Source: Haplodiscus bocki (taxonomy: Eukaryota). Taken from it: 64,000 nucleotides of DNA. Below are positions 38,321-50,300 of the stretch, piece after piece. Below the pieces are notes generated by a model. It worked only from the letters and a program-made list of their open reading frames with translations, did no database searches and had not been told where the DNA came from. The stretch covers positions 27,404,001-27,468,000 of the forward strand of contig OZ296657.1 of assembly GCA_965655095.1 (NCBI GenBank), read 5' to 3'. A program made the translations under genes and the position numbers. Positions within the stretch are counted from its first letter, which is position 1. Each line of letters starts with the position of its first letter.

Positions 38321-41300
38321 CTAGAAAACAATACATTTGATGCTTATTTAGAGAAAACATAAAATTCGATCTTATTTCGGACTTCGGTTTTTTTTAGCTA
38401 TAGCACCCATAGTCCAAAATTTTGCATTTTCACATGACTCGCATCTTTCAGATGATGCACTTCTCAATTAGGTTGTATTTTGTTGCATGTTTCAAAACTT
38501 TTTTGCGAGATTGATTTCCACTTGAGTATTTTTTCCAGAACAAACATTTTAGAAAAACTAAAAGTGCTTATTCAGAGTTTGGAAACATTCTTCGTGGCTG
38601 AGATTTTAGGACGCTTATTGATTACATAAAAAGTAAAAATGACTTTTCAACACTGTCAGTTTTTTGCTAAATTTGTGAAAACTCGTCTGAAAAACATCTT
38701 CAAATCTTTTTAATGTTGACATATATACTTTTCATACAAAAGTCAATTGTTCTGCAGAGAACAATTACACTAGTGAATTGAAGTCTTTGAAAGTTACTCC
38801 CCATATTGAATCAAAAAACCGGGAAATTATTAAACTTCCATTTGCTTTATAGAGGTTTCTCCAAAAAGACAAAAACTACACAAAAATAGGCCCTCCTTCG
38901 AATATATTGAGTCGTGAGAGTGGAGCCGACTCTGTCCGTTCTTGTCTTGTTTATTATTTCTCTGTAATAAATCCCCCGTTCTGACGAGTAACTCATAAAA
39001 ATAATAATTAGTGGAAACTAACCACATCAGAGTGGAACTAAAGTGCAGTATGTCATAACCAGTGAACGGATATTATATGATTGAAGTCTTTGAAAGTTAC
39101 TCCCCATATTGGAGAGATCATTTTTTTTCTCCGTAGGCTCAGGGATTAAACAAACGAGCCACCTAGTTATTCTAGCATTTTTTCAGCCAGTCTGATCTCA
39201 AAAATGCCGTGCAAAAACATTCATTTTGGTGAGCAAAAATATAGAAATCTAAAACTTCCACTCAGCTGACATATTTTTCAATCACTTTTAATTCGAGTCG
39301 TTCAACAAGCGTCAATAGTTTTAGATTGTGACTTTGAAAGAAGAAATTCTGTCACTTTTGTTGGAAAATTGATAGGTCGTTTATTGAAAAAATGATCGCA
39401 ACTAATGTTTTTTCTGCTTTTTTGTGAGATAAAAACTCCATCGCAATGACTAAAATCACAAACGTTTCAATGAACATCAGTTCTACAAGTAAAACTCACT
39501 TTTTTGAGACCTTGATGAAAGAAATCTATCTTGCAGTTAGTGAAAATTACGAGATTGAAAATCGGAAAAAAATCAATGAGAGAAACCTTTTTGGTCGTCT
39601 CAACAATATTGGTTTTTTGTGTTGAGAAGCGGTTTTTCAATGGAAAACGCCTCTACAAACCAAAGGCTTTCGGTTGATACTTGTTGAAAGAAATATTATC
39701 TCTAGTTGTCGACAAATAGGAGTTTGAAAATTGAACTTTGTCAAAATTAAATTCTGCAATTCTGCTACATCAGTACTCTGATTCAAAAAACAAAATGATT
39801 GACTTTTCAATCAAACATTCTTTTGAAAGTAAAAAGTTTTCGATAGCGACCTTGATTGAAGAAGTTAAGGTAACAGTTACGGAGAAATCATAGTATGAAT
39901 AACGAGATGAGAATCATTATTAGCGGTTTCTAGAAAATATAAATTATCAAGAATCTGATGCTGGGAACAACAGAAAAAATACTAGAATTGCATAGTTCAG
40001 CATAGAAAAAGGTATTTTGAGACCTTGATGGCGGGAATCAAGCCACTAGGTGTTTAGAATAGGAGTTTGAACGTCGATGCATGTAAAAGCATTTAGCTTT
40101 TTCGGACATTTTTTAGCTGCTAAGATTCCAACATACTGAGTACTATCAATGATTTTTCATTTCAACATTCCTCCACAAGTCAATACTGTCAATTGGGGCT
40201 CTGATAAGAACAATTTAGCTTGTAATTTTTTGTGAGTAAGATTTTGATTTACGGATAAGTCAAATATAAAAACCCTTGTATTCAATTTTTCATTATCAAG
40301 ATACCCACGCAATGATGGGAATCAACAGTTTTTCGATTGCGCACTCCATCAATTGTAAAAACTTTCAGATTGAGTCCTATATGGAGGTAATCAAGCCTTA
40401 CCAGGAGAGAGTTATAAGCTTGACTAACGAATTATCTGAAAAAAAACAGAAATCCCGCGTCAACGGACAATAGGATTCAACAGATGAAGAAATGTCATTT
40501 GATTTTGATTCTCATAGTGCATCATAGGCTAGACAATTTCAAGTCGAGGGTTTTAGGTAAGCAATCAAATCAGCAGTTTTGACGAAAAAAGAGTTTTATT
40601 ATCGATACAAATCAAACCGAACAGCAGTTTTCTGCCTTTTCCGGCTATCAATATCCCACGATATTTCAATGCAACGAAAGTAATCAATAAAGTTCGAATT
40701 CAAACTTCCTCGGGAGATGAGAAATTACGATATAAAGCTTTGATGAAAGAAAGCAACTTTGAAGTTATTTGTTATTGAGAAGTTAGAGCTTGAAAATCTA
40801 AATAAGTCAATAACGAAAGTCTCTTTTTGTGATTTTCGGACTTTCAGGGTTCCGTCGACTGCAATCTGATTCAAAAATATTCAGTCATATAGATAGCAAC
40901 AAGTAGAAAGCATTGGATTGAAACATTGATGAAAGAAATCAAGTCTGTGGTTACGCAGAGTTTATCAGTTTGAATATCGAGATGAGTCAATATCAATGGC
41001 ACTTTCTGGAACTTGCAGATTATTAGGATTGCAATTGAAAGCACGAAAAAGACAATTTTTCGTTGAATAGTTTGCCACAAGCCAATATTTTTTTATTAGG
41101 ACCTAGATGAATGAATTGAACTCTGTTTCTTAGAAAAAAATCAGTTTCAGTATATTGGAAATTCAAAACTAATTGCGATTTTTGGCATTCCCCTCAATAT
41201 GGGAACGGAACATGTCACAGAACGGCATGCTGCAGCGTAACAAAAATTTGAAAAACTTTTATTTATTCTGGCCCTAGAAAAACTAGGAAGGCAAAAAACT

Positions 41301-44300
41301 GAGTACATGAAACCTTGAACAAAAATCAATCAATTTCATTCATGAAAATTTTCTTAATAGATTTTTAGTTTTTTCGGTGTTTTGGGAATATCGAGAAATT
41401 ATTCCCACTTATAGTGGTGAGCGAAAAAAATGTCGCATTGAAAAGTCTCTTTTTTCTCCAAATCAAAAGCAAACAAAGAACAGATTTTTTAACGGAGCAA
41501 CGGAACGATATATCGTCTCTCGATTTGCTTTAGATTAATTCTCCTTGTAATCTTTTACAGGACTTTAGACGCTTTCCAACAGAATTCATCAAATTTTCTC
41601 TGATTTCAATCGTGATGACACTTTTGGAATTCTGTATTGCTTCAATCAGTTCTTGCTTGGTTTTTGGATTTTTTTGCTCAACTGAATTTTTCAATCGGAA
41701 ATGTTCTTGGGGCCATACTTGATAAGTTTCGTAAGGTGTTCCGATCATGAGTTAACTCATTGAAGCATAATTCAAGAATATCTCGCTGCTTCTGCATGTT
41801 TTCACGAAATCGTGAACAAACTTTACGTGTTCTGCTTCTCAGCAGCTACACACGAGAGAATAAATGTTACATGTTTTGAAAGAGAAGTTCCATGTCTATA
41901 TATTGTGTGAATATCAAGAACATTCGTCGGTTCAAAGATTCACAATAACCCTTTTTGTAAAAGCGACATTCTTTTCGCTCACCACTATACTTGAAAAATA
42001 TTGAGAAATACCGATTTGTTTCTGTTAGGTCAAAAAAGCGAAAATTTTTTGAGAATGAAAGAACCCACTTATCAAAAAACTCTAAATTTTATTGAAAAAA
42101 CCCTGTTTTTTGCTTTTAAAGATTAAAAATTTGTTAACAAGCATCTGAAGACTTGTTAAAATTCAAGTCGATAGAAGGATTATAGCCTTCCGCCTCTGGT
42201 TTCCGAACCGCGGTGAAACCTGACACATGTATTATGCACGCCGCCATCGTTTCTGCGGATATGAAGTCTGCGTGTCACTGCCAATTTCAAGAAATCGAAA
42301 AAAACTCATAAACTGAACGAAATATTTTCCTTTCGGAAAACTTTTGGACGGAAAGTAATAGTTGAAAGCATCTAGATTAGACATAAAATATGAAGATTAG
42401 GATCAGATTAAAAGCGTTTATTTTTTAAGTGGAGTACTATGTTGAGGATCCATCATTGAATACTCACCGTCAGTTAAGTTCAGGAAATAGGTATCATAAT
42501 CCGCTACTCTAAAAGTGGCATTGCTTCTCTTGGAGTCAACATAATAGATTCGGTATCCCAAATTGATATCTTGATAAGTGGTAACACTGGGGGCTACAAA
42601 ACCAGTCAACACAGGTGTGCCTCCGTTGATTGTTGGGTCATAAATGACTCTCAATTCATCTTTGTGCGTGTGCCCATTGAACCACCCCGCAATCACATTT
42701 ATGTAACGTCGAATAATATCGTCGAACCTGAAAATCGATTGAAAATTTCTTCTATTTGAATTGATTCGCATAAAAAACGAACGCACAAATTGATTGTTCA
42801 ATTTTCCCAAGTTTTTTAACGCATTATGCAAAACTCTCAAGAGGGCAATTAAAATAAACAGCTATTTTTGCGGGCTCCAGAAAATTTGCAAAGACAAGTA
42901 CACATTATTTCAAGCAACCTGCCTATTCTTTTGTTTTCTATTAGAAATTCACGTTATTATTTTCATATCATTTGTCTTCAGGGGACGAAAATACAATTTC
43001 TCATTTTTTGTTACTGAAATGTGACCAAAACTAAAAATGTCAAGGCACGTTGTCTAAAAAGTCCCAAATGAGACAGAACTTCAGCTTAGCAACCCGGGTT
43101 TACCACCCAGGGATGGAACAAGGTATCTTTAGTAAGACAGATGAGTACATGAGTAACAGGAATGTCTCAGTGCGGGCGGACGGGCCCAGTGAAATCTTAC
43201 TAAAGTTCATCAATGAAACTTGTTAAGTCATCCGTAGCTGAAGAAATTGTACTTACACATTGAATGCCAGTGAAACATTCTGATAGTTCATAAGATGCAG
43301 CAAACGGTCAATAAAAACACCATTGAATGTGGGTTTTGACAGAAATCTTTTTTTTCTCAATTGGAAATATTGCTGAGAAACATGTTCCAAAAGCATCAAA
43401 AATGAGCAATCTTCCATAGTGTTATAACTTTTTGATTTACTTCATAAAACAATGCTGAAAATGGAAAAAAGCAAGAATAGCTCCTTGTGAATAGCATTTT
43501 TCCAGCAGCCTCTGGCAGATAGAAGGAGCTCAGTTCGTAGGTAAGTTACTCTTACTAAATTGCTACTGCTTACGTTAGGTGCTGTTGGGACTGGCGCATT
43601 ACTGACAAGATCTTGGTACGAGTCTCACCTCTGGCAAGGTTGAGATTGTTACATGTACTCACTTAGGTCTGCGATGGTAAAGGCGGGGAGAGTCACTACG
43701 ATAGCAAAATTTCAAAACTAACTTCTGCTTGTAGTAATCCAGAGTAAATTTTGGATGGTGTGAAAGCAACCAAACTTTGAGGTTCCTGCTCTCTGCGTCT
43801 TGCAATTCATCAACTGTAAACAAGAAAGTGAACAAACGCAATTTTGAATGGCAAAAATTTGCTTCAAAAAATTTAAGCGGCGATAAACACTAGGGAAATA
43901 CAAATCATGCAAGTTCATTGCAATTGTGTTCAATTTGGAGGTTTGTATAGTATATTTTTGCTACTTACAGACAGTTCATGTGCAATTGCACGATGAAATT
44001 TATCTATGAAAAGTATACGTTATTAAACGAAACTACCAACGAGGTCGGCCAATTGAGAAGGATTCCAATAGAACATTGAAAAGAAAGAAGATTTATAGGT
44101 TAAAAAGACACAGCAAGCCGGGAACAGCCCCAGTCGATGGCGCCCCTGAGGCACAAAATTACCATGAGGCTCACTGTTTTTGAAAGATTATGGCTTTTTA
44201 GACAAAAAAATGATATAATCACATTTTTCCCCCTTAAAGTTAGCTCTGACAGCGCCAAAAACTTAGTAATGGGACTCTTTGGTACAGTATTTACTGCCTG

Positions 44301-47300
44301 AAAAAGCTATGAGTTCAAACATTTCTAGTGGATGTCCTGTTTGAAAATATTGAGTATAATAAGGTTCATTCCGCATTTCCGACTCCTAATCCTCGTCCTG
44401 AAACTAAAAAGAAATGCTTGAAAACTTTAAATTTCAATGTTCCAGTTGTGAACTGCTTGAACAATTGGTAATCTTCATGGTGGAAAAAAAAACAAAACCC
44501 ATTGTAATAGTCGGGCTTTTTTGTTAACAGTGCCGGCTTAGGCTAAAAGCAGTTTCTGACGTTTCACGTGTCTCGTTGAGTTTTTGATGAACGTACATTT
44601 TATCAAGTTCAATACTCAAACAGAACACATTGACTTGACACGTGACTGACACCGGGATATTCTCCACTCTCCAATTTTGTTAAAATTGCGTTTTTTTTTC
44701 AAACTAAAAAGTTACCTTATAGTTAAATTCTACATCAAATTTGGTAGTTTTCATACTGTTGAAAGAAGTTCTAAATTTTGGTCGAACAAAACGTTTTTAA
44801 AAATGATATCTTTTTATTCGCATTCTGCAGTGAATTTTATAAAATTTGTTTGAAAAAAAATTTTCAAAGTCAAAAAGCCACAAAATGCACGACGTAGGTA
44901 GAAATTCCCTGAATAGTAGAATCGTGCAATTGACGCACACGGCGAATGAAAGATTTTACTTTCCTATTAAATATTACGGGCAGAAAATCATACCAGACGC
45001 CCAACCAACCCGAGTATATTCTCCATCACACTTTAGAAGTCACTCTTTTGAAAGCTTTGAGAAAAAAGTAAATTGTATTTTTTTTACAATTTTTTCAAAT
45101 TTCTATCACAATTTTTCATGGAACAAAATTAAAGTTCATTTTCCCCATTTATGTTTTATGGTTTTTTGCGATTTAGAAAAAAAATGTATCGAAAATTCCG
45201 GGTTAAAATGCTCAAAAAACCCTAGTTTTTTGGGATATGGACATTTTTTTAGAAAGACATGATTTATTGGTTGTGAAATTTGGAAAACATCCGAGACTCA
45301 AACACACAACCTTTGTGGTACAAAATTCACACCCACTTGATTTACCCCTACAACAACCTACCTTTTAGGTGCGTCAAAGTGCACATAAATTGCATCGTCC
45401 AATTGACAAATTTTATGTAAAAAAACTGAATGTCGAATGAATGATTTTCATTCCATATATTAAATATATAGGCGGAAAATAAAAACGGCTTCAGATTATG
45501 AAAACAATTTGCATCTATAAAACTTTTCTAGAGGGATAATTTTTGTTCGAAATTCGGACTTAAAATTGACGTCTATCGAAAGTTAATTGACGGTTACCTT
45601 TGTCGGCCAGGTGTATTAGCCTTTATTTGCTCTCACAGTAAACGAATTTGGTCACTGTGTTACGTAATCGATCGTGATTGATTTTGACAATATAGTGTAA
45701 AAATACTATCCAAAAGTTTTTCAAAAACAAAAAATTCAAAAACTTTAGGCATCTTTTTAACTTACTCATCCACTGCAGCATTCCATGGACGTCAGTGTTG
45801 TTGGCAGTAGTGTACCAGTCGGCGGATTGTCCATACCCGGAGTTGATAGAGATGATTTTTAATCCTGGAATGAACTCCCACGCCCAGAAAGCTCCTTCTT
45901 TGACAGTGTTCTCAGTAGACTCTGGAAGCCATCTCAACCACTTCTCCGCCAGCATCTGAAACAACAATATCATCTCAAAAATGTCAGTTGAATGATTCAA
46001 GTTTTCAGAAATTGTTTTAATGGATCAAAATGAATTCAAGAGGAATTTGATTTTGCTACGTAAGTGTTGAGACCATAATCTCATTTTAAACCAAACTATA
46101 ATTTATATTTTAATTCATTTTTTTCGATGAATCTTTTATGAGGTGTCACGGATGTGTTTTTCCACCAAACGCAAAGAATAATGTTATTGGCTTAAACCAC
46201 GATGATTAACTTTTTGAAAAGTTCTCTGAAATCTCTTTTTCAACGACAGGAATCAGGACATATTTTTTAAACTATTCGATTAAAAGCGGTATGGCGAAGA
46301 GAAGCTATACCAGGGTTTAGGTCCCTGAAGTTTTTAGTGCTGAACAGCCCTAATTCAGAGAGTTAAAGCTTTTCAGCCGTGTACATACCAGCATTGATAA
46401 GAGCTGTTTATTTAAATCAACGCTATTTATAACTAAAAAAATTGGCGCTTGTGAAGTGCAAAAAATGATGTGTGGTTGGGTCTTTATGGAATCGCAGCAA
46501 AAAGTCTCAAAAGCCACTCTATTCCAAGCTAGAGAACTATCCCGAAACTCAGGACAAGTCTCCTAATTCAATTTTGCGACTGTTGCCTTCCTACACTTCA
46601 ACAAAGGTCGTCTCAGGCGTGAGTTCGAAAAGAAGGACTTTTTCTATCTGGTGAATATTGTGAAGAAACCTTGTTATTATAAACAGATAAATTGGTTTCA
46701 GAAATAATATCAACTGGTGACTTACAGTTATAAATAAATCAGAAAAACAAAATATCAGAAACGTTAATAGTATTAAGATATCAAACCAGATGAAATAAAT
46801 CAAGGTATAAATCATAGAGGCAAGATACAAAAGCGGAAAAGTGTTATAAATATTATGAACACAAGGAAATCTAAAAAGATCATCAGTAAGTCTTGAGAAA
46901 AGGTTTAAAGTTAGTATTTTAGATGATTAGATTCAGTGATAGTAAGTATTTCAAAAATCCGCCACAGGCTAGGACTCTACCTCAGTTGAGGAATGGTTTG
47001 GTTCTCTCAAATGAGAAGAACATTTAGTTATTTTCCAAATATCAAGCCGGTACTTGACCCAGGCTGAATAAATCCGTTCTTGACGAGACCACCTCATAGA
47101 GGGTTTGTAGTTCACTTCAATGAGTAGAAGTAAGAGTTCTGTTTTAGAATTTTAGTTTCAAATTAAGTTAAAGTTAAATACAGTAAGAGTTAATTTTTAT
47201 AAAGTTTTAAGTTAAAGTTAAGTTAAATAAGGTTTAAGTTAAACTTAGAAATTTTACCGTTTTTATTAGTTAGGAGTTAGGCTTGGTTACTTGAACATTT

Positions 47301-50300
47301 AGTTCACATCAGAAGAATAAGTTAAAGTTAGATTATAAAGAGAATATCAGCAAAAGGAAAAGTTAGAATTAAAAGGAAAACTGGAAACATTATTTAACTA
47401 ACGATTACCGCTCAAAGAGTAATGCACTGGGTTCGATCTGCTGTCGTTCGAAAATGGATGGAGTGACTTCATGGATCGTTGGACATCTGATCAGAGCTGG
47501 AGAGGCGCCTTCGCCAATGGGTAAATTTCGTCCGCTGTATATACTAAATTTTGTGCTCCCGGGAGCGAATCAGAATGAAGATAGCACAGGATTGGCTCCG
47601 AGAATGACGTCAGTCACGTGACCTAGTCACGTGACTTGGGAGTCGTCAGTATTTATAATATCAATACACACATGACGTCAGATGACGTTATTATCTCGGG
47701 AGTTGAGTCTATTGTTTTGTTGGGTGATGCCGTTGGCCATGTAAGGTAAGTGAAAGTGTCATGGCGGCGTTATTTTTGAAGTGGATGTAAACAAATCGGG
47801 GACGTGTTCGAACTTGCGCATCGGCAGTGAAAATGGCGGATTTAAATTATTACAGTTTTAAGTTCTAGTTTTTCAAAGTTTTCTCTCTTTTTTCTTTGCT
47901 GTATGTCGAACACGACACGCTCTTTAACACTGAACAACGCTGTTTCAGCGCTGATTTTAAAAAAACTCTGAAAAATTGGGTTTTCAGCGTTGAACAACGC
48001 TGATTCACTTGAAACTGAATCACGTATGTCAGCGTCACATGTGAACGATAACAGCAAAACGTTAAAAAGTAATCCAAGAGGATGAAATCGCAATAACAGC
48101 TCCTTAAAACGATATAACAGGTGTTTAAAATTAACTTCTCCCCAATTGTTCACAAAATATCTTTGTAAACTCCTCTTTTTCAATACTTCTCGAGAAGTTC
48201 ATCAAACTGCTCAAGAAAATGCTAGAACTTACTCTCAGAGCTTCATCAACTCTCTCACTTGAGCAAAACCAAAAACCAAAAAAGATTTTTAAAAAATGGA
48301 ATTTTATTAGTTTTGGCACTTTACAAGATTGAACGTTAAATTGTTCAACTGTTTAGGTTTTTCCGTAATGTGGGTTGAAAATCAGAACTCTCTGCCGCTA
48401 AAGTGTGGTAGGTTTAATTTATGAGCAAAAAGTGAGAAAAAAAGAGTCATTCAGAATTTAAAAAATTAGTGTTGTCCTCTGACGCTTCTCAAAAAATTAG
48501 AACTGAGCCCAGTGCTGTTTAGGATTGATTTTTTTTTATTTGGAAAAATAGCTTTTTTGCATTTTTTGCACAAAGTAAAGATGAGCCACCGTTGCTCAAA
48601 GATTCGATCTTTTCCGTTATCGCCCGCCCCCAGCGGACTATTCCCACGTCAATCAAAGCTGTAGGTACTGCTGCCAGTGTATTCGCTGAAATCATTCTTG
48701 TAACTCACATATCTCAAGTACCTCGAAGAAGCTGACTGCCAGCGGGGAATAATAATTTTGTCAGTAGGGCTCGGGGGAGTAACGGAAAAAGTCCAGAGAA
48801 TTTCAGGCGACGTAGAGCGCTAGATTTTTGGATGAAGATCTCATCAGCACTAATTTCAGCCCGGGGGAGCTGTTACTTGGATACTTTACAAGGAAATCTC
48901 AAAAGAGCAGACAGGAGGCAACATAGGAAATCAAGAAATCCATGAATTCTTGTCTTGAGAAAGTTTTTCCCATGGATCTAAAAAAACAGAAAGAATGGCC
49001 AGTAGATAGTATTTGAGCTGAAGCTGAACAGGTGATCCGTCCAATGAATAAAGAAAAGAACCTGGGGAGAGAGCAAGTTGGAAGAAAGCAGAGGGCGGCG
49101 AAAGATGTAACACGCAAAAGACCAAACTCTGAAACCAACAAAGATAATATTTTAAGAAATGCAGCAAAATAAATAAGTATCTGAAAGACATATAAATGAG
49201 GTGTCAAAGTGTAAAATTTGCAAGCAGAACATTGGTAACTGAAAACTGCATTATTTTAAAACTACTATAGTAATAAAAACAAACGCATTTTCTTCCCTGA
49301 AGCCACTGATACCTTCTTTGATCAGTGTTTTCCTTTTATCAGTTTCAATTTTGCAAAATTCGATATCCTTTTTCAATACATGTAAAATCAATATTCCGTA
49401 TTTTGGGAAATCGCTGTTTTTACAGTTTTAAATTAGTTTCTGATTCAAAATATATCAATGGCTTCAGGATGGTCAGGGGGAATTTTATTATAATAAAACT
49501 TGCCGGAAAACATTTTTTTAAGTTGATCGAAAACTGAAATACTCAATTTCAACCAAAATTGCCCCAAAATGGCTATTCGTAAGTTTTGCAATTTTGACCC
49601 TGGAAGTTTCAAATGAAAACGATTGTAAACTAGATAAAATTCTGAGAAACTGTTGCTGAGGAAATTTTTGAAAATTTTAGTGGTTTTGGTGCTAATCGAA
49701 TTTGGGATTTGTGCTTTGATGAGCTTGTTTTTATCACTATTGCAGATGTCAATATAAGTTTGGAAGAATAAATATAGATGAATTCAAAAGCAATAGTTTT
49801 TTTTGCAGAAAACATTGAAGTAGCTTAAAATGCTCCCAGACAATGCCGTGTATGATCCCAAATTCTTTGCCTTGTCAGTCACTTTCATATTATCTGTCCA
49901 CATTACAGAAATGTATGGACGCGCACTTTCATAGATTTATGGTTATAAAATGTCTACTAACATCATACAACCATGCCATTGGTCTAACAGATTTATCCTC
50001 GGTCATGTAAGGAGGTATGTATTGGTCCACCGGTGCAGATCCGTGATTACCCAAAGCCTGCAGAACAGGTGTGTGGGGGAAGTATTTCCACAGAAGATCG
50101 TTGATCAGACTGAAATGGAATCAAGCTTTTTTAAGCAGACGCAACTTAGGATTGAATTGAATATATCAATATAGAGGCTAGTACAATTGTTTCTCTTCGA
50201 AATTAAATTAACTACGAGATTTTATTTTCCAGATAGTATGGTGGCGCATAAATAGCTTGGAGCAATGATTTACTGAAGTGATTTTTTTTCACTAGAAGAA

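Noticed and set aside
39290-41340. CRISPR-like repeat-spacer array
   Set aside because: The context is eukaryotic, the units are degenerate along their whole length with a ~175-bp period, and there are no cas genes. It behaves as an old satellite.
43069-43627. Solo LTR with TGAGAC...GTCTCA ends
   Set aside because: The flanks (CCAAA / CCTCT) give no TSD, so the boundaries cannot be supported.
48860-49200. piggyBac-like Cys-rich C-terminus
   Set aside because: Only two Cys in a stop-interrupted frame, and no TTAA-flanked TIRs identified.
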